DNA of 64,000 nt, from contig NW_021836126.1 of the NCBI RefSeq assembly GCF_006345805.1, forward strand, positions 62,001-126,000. The letters run 5' to 3'. The position numbers and the translations under genes are program-made. The notes under the pieces are model-generated. The model saw nothing but the letters and a program-made list of their open reading frames with translations, did no database searches and had not been told where the DNA came from. Numbering within the stretch: the first letter of the stretch is position 1; each line of letters starts with the position of its first letter. This stretch comes from Octopus sinensis. Lineage: Eukaryota. Of the stretch, positions 12,330 to 26,051 are shown one piece after another.

Positions 12330-14000
12330 CAAATTAGTTCACGTGGTTGTAGATGCATTATTCTCAAATATCCTTCGCCCACATCAACGAGAAGTTTTTC
12401 CACAAATTTGAATTTCAGGGCATAAAATTCATGTTTGATTGTGTCACTGGAGCACAACTCACAGGTTTCCGTGAATGTATAATGGCAGATGAAATGATCG
12501 TTTAATTTTGCTAATTTTTAAGGGACTTGGCAAAACTTTGAAATGCATTTGTCTAATTTGGACTTTAATCCTGTAGTTTATGGAAGTCTCGTGGTTGATA
12601 AAGTCGTGGTGGTAACTCCAAGCAGTCTCGTAAAAGTTTATTTTGTCATTATTTTTGACATAGAATTGAGAAAGGAGTTTAAAAAGTGGTTAGATGATAA
12701 AATTTGTGTTATGACCGCCAATGGAAATGAAAAAAACTCTATCAAGTCGATTTTGAGTGATTTGATGTTTAATTCATTTAAAGGAAGGTTTTCTGAAGAA
12801 AGAAGGTCGAATGGACCGGTTATGATCATTTCATACGAGACTTTGAGATTGCATTGCAGTCTATTGAGAAGAATTGAGTCCAGTCTATTGATTTGTGATG
12901 AAGTCTCTGATTGTTTTATTACCGCTTGGGGTCATCGACTAAAAAACAACAAAGTCAGGTTTACACAACATTGATGTGGTTGGCTATTCGAAGAAGAATT
13001 ATTCTTTCTGGGACACTGATTCAAAATGATTTTTTGGAGTATTTCTCGTTGGTTAATTTCGTCAACGAAGAGATTCTTGGTGGTTTGTATTTTCATATTA
13101 AAGGATTGTGTTTGGAATTTAAGAAAAAGTTTGAAAATCCAATTTTTCGAGGACGGGATTTAGACATTACTGAAAGTCAAAGATTAAAGGGAGATCAAAA
13201 ACTGGCTGAACTGATCTCTATAGTGAATCTTTACATAATTCGAAGGACAAGCAGTTCCCTCTCACATTATTTTCCTATGAAAAGTCCAATGAGCTTTGTT
13301 TTATGTTTAAGGAGAATACGTGGTCTGTTGTGCTCTTACAAATCAGCAAATACAGTTATATTCCTCATTATTGAATGATCGAGAATTGGATTTGTTGGTT
13401 TTGATTTCTTCTTTAAAGAAGTTGTGCAATCGTAAGGTTGGTTGGGCCAATTTAAATTCTGCCTTGAAGGGACTGTGGATAGCGATAGTTCTGGTTTGTT
13501 GCTGCATTTAAGATAAAGGCAAGTTCAGAGTGTTAGATTGCCTGTTGAGAATAGTAAAATCATTGAGAATAATAAAAGCGGTCTAAGCTTGTTGGTGAGT
13601 TTAGTAATTCTTCTGTACTTGTTGTGTAAGTATGGTAAAATATATTTGTCTTCATGTTGAGTAGAAAGGCCGGGGACTGTGAATATTACAGAGACAGGCT
13701 CATAAGAAGGCATTAAGTGATTGTGTGGTCGACCAAGAGGACGCTGAGAGACATTTTAGTTTGGATGATTTTCGTGAAATATCAACCCCTCTCTCGGACT
13801 CATTTAGATACACGCACGACAAGTGGGATGATTATTCAGTGGTTTAGACTTAATTGTCGGATATATGTGGGTGGAATTCAACATACTCCGCCGTGTGAGG
13901 ACAGTAATTGTGCTTCTGATCTGTCTAATTAATATCATTGCAGTGATCCAAGGAATGTTTTTGATGTTGTTCTTCAAAGGGTTTTCTCTACACTCAAGGA
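12330..14000 (+). pseudogene. RAD54: RAD54 pseudogene, internally deleted
   Basis: LRPHQREGIKFMFDCVTG, CIMADEM|GLGKTL, LLICDE|GHRLKN, SGTLIQNDFLEYFSLVNF, SLKKLCN, QRQAHKKALSDCVVDQEDAERHFSLDD. Has frameshifts, stops and decayed splice sites; most of the second RecA lobe is missing. Confidence 0.85.
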
Positions 14001-14224
14001 TGGAATTACATTTGTATTTTGGCATTTTTCTCATAATAGACAGAGAATTACCTTCTAATTACGCTCTGTTCCTTTTTGAGAGTAATTTTAAATGTATAGA
14101 ATTCGATCTGACGGTTTATTCCGACATATTTCATTTTTATTCCACTATGAATATAAGACTTAGGGCTGGTTAATTTGTTTCTTTCGCACTCTTTGGATGC
14201 CCTGGCAACTTATTTCTAGATAAG

Positions 14225-14640
14225 CAGCTATCAACCTAATTCACAAAGCTCTGGAAAAAGCTGGTTTCTCTTCAGTTCTAGAACCGACGAGTTGTACGCT
14301 TCGAGAAGCAGCTTGTTTTGGACGTCACTTATGCCGACTCTTTCGCCAAGGGAGCTTTGAATTCCACGGCTTGTCGACAGGGTTCGTCGGCCGAGAAGGC
14401 CGAATCTACGAAACTGGCGAAATACAAGGATTTGCGCGATCGATTTTGCTTTTGGGAAATTGCCGTCAAGACTTCCTGTGTTTTGAGGCCAATACACTTG
14501 CTCATCTTAAGAAACTTGGCTGTCTGTGCACACATCGCTTCGAAGATCCCAGGGAATTTATATTCCTTATTCAGAAGATTTCGCTGGCTGTTTTACGCTG
14601 GAATTGTCTCTCAGTCCTGCGAGCCTGTACTTAATGGCTA
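14225..14640 (+). mobile_element. CRE/HERO-like non-LTR 3' fragment (REL endonuclease)
   Basis: KALEKAGFSSVLEP, DVTYADSFA..SAEKAESTKLAKYKDL, RDPREFIFLIQKISLAVLRWNC. Confidence 0.75.
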
Positions 14641-16545
14641 GATGTTTTTTTAATTACCCTTTTACATCTGAATTGTCAAGTAAATTCCTCAATCAATTCA
14701 AAGACGTACCAAAATTGGATTCCCAGGGACAGACCAGTCACAATAAATAATTTCATCTTACGTGGGCATTCGAGAAACTTAATCTTTTGGACGAATGAGC
14801 ACCCCGAACTGGATTACGTTATCGGGGACTACTTGGAGACACATTCCCCATCCTCCAAAAAAGTGTACATTCAGTAAATGAAAGCACTCACCCATAAAAC
14901 AGTGAATTCATGGCTGAACTTATTCTCGAGGCGTTCTAAGTGGGCGTAAAATACATTAGAATGCAGGCACTGATGTCACTGTTTGCCTCTTGGGCTAAAA
15001 GTGCTGTGAACGACAGACCAACCACTGGAATTGTGATCGACTCCGTAATGTACTAACAAAGTGTGTTTATTGAATTTTCAACTACGCTAAGAGTGCAATT
15101 GCAGGGTTATTAGGCAATTCGCCGGGCTTTAGCAATGTTACTGCTTTTGTTTGCACTACTCACATTTGCAGAATGTGAAAATAATCAGAGTATACATATT
15201 TATTTACTTTGAGATTATCTAGAGTCCAGTTCCATTGGGGAGGGTATAGATAAATATTTTTATATTAGGTGATAACACAAGAACTATCTCTGATGACGAA
15301 TCAGGTATATTGTTTGGTCATTTAAGAATTCTACGACCCACTTTCAAATGGGAATGACTGGCTACGAATTGGACTAAATTAACAATTCTAACTCACATAA
15401 TATAATTATAACTCACCTAACTCTTAAACAATCGAAATGATGATAAAGAGTACTCCTGTAGTATCATCTCTTCTTTCCGAGAAAATGATTTGAAAACTTA
15501 AGGAGTGACTAAATTTCAGGAAAAAACAAAATCGGTGATCATCATAGCAACTAGGGCTTACTTAAGCAGGATTGATCACTCAGTATCTAAGTACCCGTTG
15601 TGTTACTTGGAGACAAGTCTTACAATTACATTTTATTCATACAAATATCAATAACAACATATAATTAAACGTGGTCAACTTCTTTACCAGGAATGTAACG
15701 TTTTAATTACCTTCAGATGAGCTTATCATCATGAGAGCCCCAATCTCCAGCCGAGGATTAGAAAAAGCTCTTTCAGAAAAACTATCACTTTTTTAAGTCA
15801 TTTCCTGTCGAATTTGTATGTGTCGCTCCGACCACGCTCTTTTTCATTTGAAGAACTTTTTACTAATCCCAAAAATAATTTACCTTCTCTTTTCACTATT
15901 TTGGTATTGACCTGAGATTGTCTTTTGGCCATAGACAATGCTGTTGTGGATTTTTTCTGATCGATCTTAAATACTAAGTTCGTGTGTAGTATTCCGGTTC
16001 TTACAAGTCTGCGTGTCGCTTTGTAGGAAATAGGGTCCTCTCCTGTAAAGACCTGGCCTTTGTATGTGATCTATTTTCTCTTTCTTTATCTACGGATTTT
16101 GTAGCTCTGTTATTTTTCACTCACTTGAACACGCTGGGCTTACGGAATGTTCAGAAGCGTTAGAGTCATGGAGTTGCGTCGGCTACTCAGTGTTTGAAAA
16201 GACCTCATTTCAAAAAAAGTTGGGACGAATTTTTAGATCTTTTTAAAGAAATGCGATTCAATCCTGACCTGCTCGAGCTGGCATCACTAGGCGCCACTTT
16301 CGAGCCACACTTTCTTAATGTCGGTAATTACTTAATTTTTTCATCCGGGCTTTTACCTTGGCAGAAATCAGTTTGACTTAAGGTTTTGAATAAAGATTTT
16401 ACATAAAAACCTAGTTTTGGCGTGAGTGCATGAATTTTTTTGCCTGTGAAAATTTTTTAAAAATTCATATCTTAAAAAAATGCATTTTCCATCCATTCGA
16501 TTTTTCAAACCTTGTAAAGTTCAAAGCAATTTTCATATCTTATGA

Positions 16546-18707
16546 CAGTGGTTCTCAAACTTTTTTTCCTTGCGTACCCCTTGCCATCTAAATAATTTTT
16601 CGCGTACCCCTTATCGATTTTTAAAAAATTAAGGAAAAAAAATATTTAATTAATGAGATGGATGGTGTTGTTTATCAATCACTAATCTATCGATTTCTGG
16701 ATCCTTTGACGAAAGACACACCCGAATATCATGAACAACATTCAGCCTCGCACGATGAACTGATTTTAAATTAAACAACGATGAAAATCCTTGTTCGCAG
16801 AGATATGTAGTCGGAAACAAAAGCAAAAAATCGATTATATAAAATCCAATATTGTGATATTTTGATGTCATTTTACACCAAAATTCAATTAATGGTGCAG
16901 ATTCAAATAAGATTTTTGACTCGTAAGAATTTATTAATTCAATAACTTCTTCTTGAATATTTGAAGGCAAAACATTAACTTTTACGGAAAAAGGATTGAC
17001 AAAAAACTTAAGATCTACTTCATTAATTTCAGGTATATATTTTTCAATTTCATTCTTCAATCCAAGTAAATGGGAAGTTATTTGATGTTTTAAATTTTCT
17101 ATTTCATTTAATTTTAGATGGAAAATGTTTTCATTCAACTTATCAAACATAGTAAAATTAGAATTTGTTGTATTATCTATCCACAGTTGGAGCTTCATAC
17201 GAAAAGACCTACAATATTGCATTATTTCGTAAAAAACCTTGTTTTTTCTAAAAAGTCAACAATGGTAACTCCCTTAGTTTGTACCGATAAATTCAAAGCA
17301 TTAATTCGCGAAAAAATGTCCGTTAAATAAGATAGCATTACACCCCAATACATATTTGATAACTTTGATAAATATAAATTTTTATTTTCGCGAAGAAAAT
17401 ATTCATAAATTTCATTCTTCAAACTGTGCACTCTGGAAAGAACATTTCCTTTGGATAACCATCGAACTTCTGTGTGATATAGTAAAACCTTCTCATCTGA
17501 ACCAAATTCTTCACAAATTGAATAAAAAATTCGCGAATTTAAAGGACTTTTTTTGATATGATTGACAATTTTAATAACATCGTCAAGAACATTTTAAGTT
17601 CAAGAGGCATTGTCTTCACAGCAAGAACATAACGATGCAACATACAGTGAAGATGTTTTACATTTGGATTGACAGATTGTACTCTACCTCGGAAACCAGA
17701 GTTACATCCAAGCATAGCTGGTGCTCCATCTGTGGTGCATGCACTAAGATTTTGCCACAATAGGCCTATCATAAGTAAAAAATCAAAAATGTACCTTCTG
17801 TTTCAAAAAAACAATTAACTGCATCGAAAATATCAGAACCTTTTGTGTTTAAAGGTAAGGAATAGTTGAACAAAAATTCTTCCTTAATATTTTCCATATA
17901 AATATATCGCACATAAACGAGTAACTGAGAGCAATTTGCTACATCTGTTGATTCATCCAATTGAATTGAAAATTTTTTAAAGGCAGCACTTTTTATTTCA
18001 GTAATGACCTAATAATAATTAACTAGAAAATAACTTGTTCTTTTATGTTTTCGGATAGATCTCGTATTCTTCTATTGACGGTATCATTTGAACATGGAAT
18101 TTTTCGAACAATATGCTCCAATTTATTGCCAGGGAAACATTCAAACATGTCCTTAATGCACGGTATAATAAGATTCTCGGCAATTGTATGTGGTTTTTTG
18201 GCTTTTGCGATCCGATATGAAATCATGTAAGAGAGTTTTGATAGTAAAAAATTAATGTCAAAATTGAAAGAATCGTCTATTTTCCGAATATTATCTTTTT
18301 TGTTCTTAAAAAAGTCATTTGGTTTTCCGATAGTTTCGAAATGATTAGAAACTTGATGCCGAGAAAGTAATGAAGGTTTCATGGATTCAGGGCAAAGAAT
18401 CTTTTGGCAAATAATACACTGCGGATGTGGCACACCGTTTTTAATCACAAAATAAAATCCATAGTTGAGATAACTATCGTTGTATTTTCGAATCTTGTTA
18501 ACAGGTAAACTCATAAGAAAAACTAGTAGCGTGGAGATTTATTTTATTATTAATTATTTAATTTAATTATGATTTTTATTATAATTAGAATTAATAACTT
18601 TTTATGTTGAAACGAAAATTAAATAGATTTTCAAAAAATTTTCGCGTACCCCCTACAGAATTTCGCGTACCCCTAGGGGTACGCGTACCCCAGTTTGAGA
18701 ACCACTG
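16546..18707 (-). mobile_element. hAT Buster/Charlie (ZBED5/ZBED8-like) transposon, full length, three introns
   Basis: Perfect 15-bp TIR cagtggttctcaaac; 8-bp TSD tcttatga (16538-45, 18708-15). Transposase 18514->16650 (MKPSLL.RH, LDESTD, CTTDGAPAM, HTEVRWLSKG, TTYLCEQGFS). Introns at 18009-34, 17766-94 and 17209-37; one -1 frameshift at 17592-95. Confidence 0.95.
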
Positions 18708-19151
18708 TCTTATGACAATGTAAGAACAATTAAAATTACCAATTTTTTAAATAAAAGCTCCAGTCACCAAACAAAAGAGAAATAAATTATTTATTAGGTT
18801 TTTATTCAAAAAGAATTGTTCATTTTGGGTAGAGATCATATAATGTGTTCCAAAAAATAAAGTGTTCCAAACATAAGATTCATTTTAAATCAAAGTCCGG
18901 TTGTCCGTCTCTAACAAGCTTTCTGCGCTTATATTTTGAATATTCATAATTGATGGCATAAGCTGCCATTAAGCCTAAACTTTCTGAATTATCTATCTAT
19001 CCTTTCGGAAAATTTACTCTGTTCAATATCCAGATTGAACTTTTGCTACTAAGGAACCGGTAATCAATCTAAACGCTAACTTATATATTGAGGATCTGGC
19101 CACCGCAGTTGACTCAATTAGGAAACATATTTCTCCTCATCTAGAGAAATA

Positions 19152-19898
19152 CAGTCAAACTTCCGAATTTAATCATCTTTTGGACCGACATTAGAATTTG
19201 GCAATCAATAGAAGTTTTGCACTTCCGGTTTTTTACTAAAAATTGAAAATTATTTACGTAATTAAAATATCTGTTTCTTGTGTTTGATTATCACATGTAA
19301 TTCATTTACCATGCTTAAAAACAACTCCCAATTGTTCGTTAAGTAACATTTTACCATTCAAAATACGTAAACAGAAAGTTGTCATTTAAAATCTGTTTCT
19401 TATGTGAATCTACAAGATCAGTTCCATTGTCAATTTTGTCTAACATTGCTTAGAACGGCAAAAATCAGTAATTCCGCGTAGAACGGCGAAAAAGAATTGT
19501 CGTCCATGAATCCGCCACGGAGTTCTATCCATGTCACAACTTTTGTATCAATAGTTGAATGTGTTAGATTGAATAGGTGTTTTTTGCTGAGAAAAGAGGA
19601 TCACTATCAAGTAATTTTTGTTTCTCAAGACCGAAATCATTTTTTGATCTTTGTAAAAAAATTTTTCGCACGATTGAAGAAGAAACAGCGGCTATATGTT
19701 CCATTTCATATGTTTTTAACATCGATTAGAATATTATGCATCTTTTTTAAGTCTACTACACTTGCGCATGTTTTAACCCAAAAAATTTTTTTTATAATGA
19801 AAAATAGTGGCGAGATTTAGAATTTGGCGTGAAATAGAGGTTTCTTTAGAAATTTTCCTTTTTTTGAAAATATGTGGCGTGCGATAGAGGTTTGACTG
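19152..19898 (-). mobile_element. Possible pogo/Tc-type deletion derivative
   Basis: ta-cagtcaaac at the left and gtttgactg-ta at the right (9-bp IR plus TA). Weak CENP-B-HTH-like remnant (IDTKVVTWI). Confidence 0.35.
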
Positions 19899-20159
19899 TA
19901 ACACAGAAATGACTGTTCTTTTTAAATAAAATGAACAGAGGAGTCTTCTGGCATGCATAATTGCTTAGTCGCAAATTTTTTTTCCAAATGGAGAAATAGT
20001 AAAAGAGTTCTTTTTATCTGGGAACGAACTCAGTATTAAACGTGTTGAAAGCAATTATCTCCTCTGGAGGCAAACAGGCCCGCTTAAAAACGAGGAGTCA
20101 CCAATGGTGGTTGGTTAAAATGCTACCCCTGTTTGAAAGCGGAACGTTTGAACTTACTC

Positions 20160-20545
20160 AGAATGAAGATTATGCTCCACACTGACACCTCAGTTGGCAG
20201 CCTTGCTTCCGAGGAGGCGACGCAGAAGAATGGACAGGGTTTCCTACGTTTCTGCAAGGAACTGGGAACTTCTCTGTCTGGAAAAATTAGTGTCATCGTC
20301 GACGACGAAAAAATAGAATGTGTTGAAAGTTATATCTTTCTTGGAAGTCTGATAACCAGAGATGGTGGTTGTGACTCAGAAATTAATAGACGGATGGCTA
20401 TGTGCAAGAGTATGATGATAAAACTGAATTGGATCTGGAGTAGCAAGGATGTTTCTCTCAAGACAAAGATAAGACTAGTCAACGCGATTGTGTTTCCCGT
20501 TTTTCTCTATGGCTGTGAATCTTGGACACTGTCCAAAGCTCACAG
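20160..20545 (+). mobile_element. Chimeric LINE fragments: a C-terminal piece fused to an RTE RT C-terminus
   Basis: GFLRFCKELG segment (same DNA as the insert at 61181-61444), then IECVESYIFLGSLIT..EINRR..SLKTKIRLVNAIVFPVFLYGCESWTL (RTE/BovB-like). Confidence 0.75.
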
Positions 20546-20584
20546 CAAAGAGCATATTTATGTAATTTTTCTAATTCGGTTTGC

Positions 20585-20910
20585 TCGAGTCTCTCTTGCG
20601 ATGTAATTCCCGCTTCAATTATGGAAACCTTATTCTTCAACTTGTCGTAGATAAAGATATCAGGCGTATTGAACTGAACTTGAGTATCTGTCAATTTTAA
20701 TGTATCCACCCGTATCTCGACATTTTGCGTCAAAAAACTAGATTGTACTGAACAGGACATTAATTTCCTAGTTTTCTTTATTTCAAACTGTCTGCAAACG
20801 TGCATATCGATGCATCTCAAAGCTCGTCTGTATCTTCTTACATAGTCACTGTTTACCATTCTGTCACACCATGTAACCATGTGATTTACTGTCTTCTTAG
20901 TTTTATGCAA
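20585..20910 (-). mobile_element. Non-LTR zinc knuckle plus REL endonuclease fragment
   Basis: TVNHMVTWCDRM..EIRVDT..PDIFIYDKLKNKVSIIEAGITSQERLEQTELEKLHKY. Confidence 0.75.
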
Positions 20911-22289
20911 TGATTACCTACCACGCCCAGAAAAGAACACATTTCTATCTTGTAAGGAGTATTACAAAGCTTCACTTTTTGCTGCATTGTTCCGTTTGTC
21001 CAACCACTCACTAGACATCTACAGTAGTATCCCATTCAGATCTGAACAAAACAAAATGAAATAACTTGTTCTTAATTTTGTTCAATAAATATTGCATATG
21101 AGAGAGATTCAGAGAGATTTGTCAGTTTATGAACTCTCAAAAATCATAAGTTGAAAAATTGAAGGACGGTGAGCAGATGTATGCAGATATCAGACTACTT
21201 CGCCTTCGACAGCAAACAAAGCTGTAGACTTTTTGTTTCATGACAATTCGACATTCGAAGAACTGCTAAAAATTATTTTTTACGCACTGAAAAGATGGTT
21301 TTTGAATGTAAACTTGAAAAAAACTGAATATGTAACAATTGACCGGAAGGCAAACAGAACAGACGAGAAAGGTGAAACTCGAAAAAATTAGAACACTGCT
21401 AGAAGATAGCGAAGACATTATGAAAAGAAAGATGCTGACGACTATTACATTTAACGATCTGCGGACCACATGGTTACAAAACCGCAGGGTTGGAACGGCC
21501 TTACTTGCTAAGTTATGCAATGCTTTTGTTAAGCATACAACAGAGGAACATGGGGACTTCTAAGTCTGAACTAAAATTTTTCGATGCGTTCACAAAAAAC
21601 AGTTAAGACTTCTTAACTGCCCTGCCAAGGAAAATCAAAAACTCCACTATATTTAATTAATGACATTTCGGCACCCGAGGATTGAATCGCTAAAGAAGTA
21701 TGCGAAGAGAATTCAAAGAACATTAGATTCTGAGATCACCTAGCCTAGTTAGCTCAAATTGCTTTTGTGATTGTCTTGGGGTTCATTAATAATAGTTTTT
21801 CTGGCAGAAAATAGGCTGAGAAATTGTGAAATCTAACTTGAAAAAAGTTCTCCAAAATATTTTTTAGTAAAACCTAAATGTAATAAAATGCAGATAAAAT
21901 ATCAAAAAATGTTTCCTTACAGTTAAAGCGATTCAATTTGATTTAAAATTCATAAATTTGGCAATAAATTCAACATTATCAAAAACTGCCAAAACTCGTT
22001 AAACTGTAGATTTTGAGATAATTTAAATCAGACTTATCCTAACATAAAGTTTTGAACCGTTTCCGGAATTGAAAAATTTACATGAAATAATTTTTAGGTA
22101 AAAAAACTAAAGATATTAAAAAATTTTCATCAGAACATATTTTCAAAGTTCAAAAAATTAAATTTGCTAATTAAGCCTTTTCTGCCTCAAAAAATGCTAA
22201 AATGATGATCAAGTAAATGCCTGTCAAAATCCATACCCCAATATATTAAAGAAAAATCGAACCTTTGTGATTATTTTATCAAAAAATCG

Positions 22290-22440
22290 TTGGGCCAAGA
22301 CGCTTGCTCATCTCAAGAAACTCGGCCGCTTGTGCACCCACCGCTCCAGAGATCCGAGGGAATTTATATTCCTTATTCAGAGGATCTCGCTAGCTGTTTT
22401 ACGCTGGAATTGTCTTTCAATCCTGCGAGCCAGTTCATAG
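22290..22440 (+). mobile_element. 3' tip of the CRE/HERO-like element
   Basis: Closely similar to 14495-14640 (ttgctcatct.aagaaact..gggaatttatattccttattcag..gttttacgctggaattgtct). Confidence 0.75.
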
Positions 22441-23575
22441 TAGCTAGTTTTTTTTGATGATTTCTTAACCAACTATATTGAACAATCAAAAATCGTTTAT
22501 AACAAGAATTATAAGCCTCTCTGAATATCCTTACAAGCTATTTATAGTTCAAAAAGAATATTTTTCACCAAAAAACATTGTTTTAAATGATTATAGTTAA
22601 CCCCGTGTTAAATGAGTATAGATATGATCAATTTATAACCTCTGAAAATGGCTATTACGATTTCGAGAGACCCCAGAAACCGGTTCTTGGTTGTTTGATA
22701 ACAATAAATGTAAAATATATTCATTTTGAGCTATAAAGTCACAAAACTAGTTACTTTGCATAAAAGATTTTACAGCTCTAGCAAGTTCATTCATTTTATT
22801 ATATACTAAATTCTAAAACATTAAAAAACACTACAAAACCAATATTTCTTGATAAGCTCTGTCCGTTCTAGCATTGTATAGTGTATGGTTTTGAACAACG
22901 TTCTACAGTAGTATTAAGATATTACTGTGATATTTTCTATTTGTTGCCTATAAAAATTGAACATTTGAGTCGTGAATGTATTAACTGTTAAATGACCCCG
23001 ACATTCATTAAATAAGGAATCATAAGTGTTCTGAAATAAATATGACTGATTACTTTGATTCTAATCAATGTATTTTCATTTTCTGTCAATGATCCTTTCC
23101 GCGTAAGATTGCGATATAAGTAAGATACGCAATATTGCAAAGCGTTTTCCTAAAGATCTCAATATATAATATACTAGAGGAAAAGGGCTGTTTCCACTTG
23201 GCACTAAATATAAAGAGTAATAAATTTACCAAAATCAGGGCCTGTTGTATTAATCAAATTGACTATTTTTTTCTGAAATTAGTTATAACTAAAGTAAGTA
23301 CCCCACAAACAATTTTAATATTGTTATCAATTAAAGTTAAATTCAACTTGAGAACAAAATATTCCAACAAATCGACGTTTTGTATCTACACTATTAAAGA
23401 AATATCAATACGGTGCACTCCATGTTCATATCTCTATCTAATAATATATAACAAAAATATTGAACATGTGGAGCGAGGTTGAAAGATTAACGGATATGCG
23501 GAAAGAGCCTGACAGATTAAAAAATTGAAAATCATTATGAAAGGTCGGAAAATTGGGATTATATACTCTTATTTA

Positions 23576-23980
23576 GGTCATTTAATTTGAATTGCATTCC
23601 TGAAAATCATAAAGAGACTGTTTTTGCTTGTTCTTGATGATTTTATTGCTCTAAAGTAATGTACTAAAATTATTTTATGAGTAAATAGCTAATTTTATGA
23701 ATTATTTGAGCAATTCTTTTAATTTCATAATTTTAGCTTTTTTGAAGAATTCAGAAAATTCGAATTGATATTTTTTTATTTGGGTCATTTAATTTGAATT
23801 GCATTCCTGAAAATCATAAGAGACTGTTTTTGCTTGTTTTTGATGATTTTAATGTTCTAAAGAAATTGACTAAATTTATTTTATGAGTTAATAGCTAATT
23901 TTATGATTTATTTGAGCAATTCTTTTTGTTTCATAATTTTAGCTTTTTTGAAAAATTCAGAAAATTCGAATTGATATTTT
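23576..23980. repeat. Tandem duplication of a ~207-bp AT-rich unit
   Basis: ggtcatttaatttgaattgcattcctgaaaatcataa starts at 23576 and again at 23783; the two units align along their length. Confidence 0.9.
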
Positions 23981-24073
23981 AAAAATTTAAATTATGTGTT
24001 AATAATTTTAACAGTATATCTCTTTTCTTTCTTTATTTATTGAAGATAATCTCAAATCGCCTTAGTGGTTATA

Positions 24074-25960
24074 GAAAAGATACAAAGTCTCTGTTGGATG
24101 TTTACAGGAGACAAAACTGCATGGGGGATTAGAAGAGGAACTGTCGGGCTATCACTTCATCTAATTCCGAAGTGAATGCAGACACTTTGGCCGAGGATTT
24201 GTAATAAAGAAGGAATTGAAACCAATGGTTCATCTCTTTTGGAGCATAAATGATCGGATTTGTGTACCTCAGATCAGCATGAATAAGCTTTTCCTATCTA
24301 AAAGCTTACTATCCATTATAATCGTATACGCACTCCACAGTGGATGGATTGAAAATGACCCTACTAAGATAGACTTGTTCCACTCTTGCCTGTCTGAAGC
24401 TTATTCTGAACTTGTTCACTCGTCAACAACTATCATTGCTGGCGACCTTAACGCCAAAGTGGGATTACGAAGAAACCTTCATGGAAAAACACGGGAGGGG
24501 AATAAGGAACGTGGCAGGAACATTACTTGCCGATAACTATAGGAAATGCCTTGATACGTATTTGGGAAGTGTGGAAACAAACCAACCATTCTTCAAACTT
24601 GGGGGACAAATCCAGGAATCAATAAAAGGAGCAGCGGAGAAACAGCTCATGGACACAGAAATGGTTACCACATCACCAAATGGAACAACTGAGATATTCT
24701 TCTTGTGAATAAACAAAATATCTATTTGGCTACAATATTTAAATACGGAGGACAAGCATATCAAAGAAAAAAGTGGTCGGAAAAGATCGAATATTAAGAA
24801 GAAGATCAAGAAGTGGTGTCCTATATGTCAAGGAAGGAGGCTGAGATACAGATCAAGGCCATGGAAGTCTTGAAATGTATTATGAGGCGATCAGATTATT
24901 ACGAGGACGTAAACACAGACAACCACTAATCATAAATGACAGACGAATTGCAGATTCCGCAGAATTAGCAGAACTAATCTCCGGCCACTTCGATAAACTG
25001 TTGTTCCACCATTTAAATGTTCAAAAATGCGACATACATTCTTGGCTACTCGATTAATTGTCAGAAATTAATGGAAGTCCTCGCAGGATTCCTTGATGAA
25101 TCTTCTATCCGGATGATCAGAGCACTCTTATCAGAAACCTATCTGTCGGTCAGGGTACGAGACAAGTGCTCTAAACCATTTGAAACAACATCTGAAACAC
25201 CTCAAGGGGATCCGTTATACTGTTTGTCATATATCTGGAAGCTGCATTGAGAGAATTAAAACCATACTATAAAGGAAAGATCAATGTGGTGGCATACGCG
25301 GATGACGTGGATTTTATTCCTTCCGACAGGGACGCTCTGGAAAGTCTACTGGAAATGATGCCAAACAGACGAACAAGACGTGATTATGCGAAAAACACAT
25401 GCAAACAGTGCACTACACAGCTTAAAGGAAAATTGGCTAAAACGCAAAAGACTCAGCATAAAAACACGGATACGACTATACAATTCACTAGTGAAGCCTA
25501 TACTCCTATATAACGCCGGAACTTGGGAACCTTCCGCTACAGACAATGACAACCTAGACTCTTTCCATAGAGATCACCTCCGACGTACTCTAGCCTCCAA
25601 GTGGCATTCAAGGCTGAGTAGCAGAACAGTTTCATCAAGCAAACAAATCTCGATCGAAATTACCGAATCCAGATGGAGGCTGTTTGGACACATTCTAAGG
25701 ATGGATTTGGACACCGGAAAACGCCGCTATGGAGGACTATTTCGAAGCTGGGGGCCATCGTTTCCGTGGACGACCAAAAAATACTCTCTCGAGTACGCTG
25801 GATAGAGACCTAAAGAGGGCTGGTAGAGAATTGAAGAACGAGGACGATCTCGATGCACTACGGGACGTCGCCAAGATCGCGGGAAATGGAATAAACTAAT
25901 TACTCGTATTGTTTCCTGTGCTGCACAAGCTTTGTCATGATCCATAGCATCGCAAAAGTG
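24074..25960 (+). mobile_element. Degenerate RTE-clade LINE (copy A)
   Basis: APE motifs CLQETK and IIAGDLNAKVG; RT motifs PQGDPL and AYADD; C-terminal KPILLYNAGTW and WRLFGHILR. Many deletions. Confidence 0.85.
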
Positions 25961-26002
25961 CCTATAATAATTATTATCGCCCCCGGGTTGAAAACACCTA
26001 CT

Positions 26003-26051
26003 CTATACCATATCTGAAACCGTAGACCCATCACTATGGATCACCGAAGCT
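26003..26051 (+). other. 5S rRNA-like 5' fragment (also at 45442-45490)
   Basis: ctataccatatctgaaac...gatcaccgaagct resembles 5S CCATACCAC.TTGAA...GATCACCGAAGT. Confidence 0.35.

Noticed and set aside
14760-16200. Possible further LINE RT/APE remnants
   Set aside because: Only short, weak motif resemblances (for example KAVTLLKPGELPNNP), too degraded to delimit.
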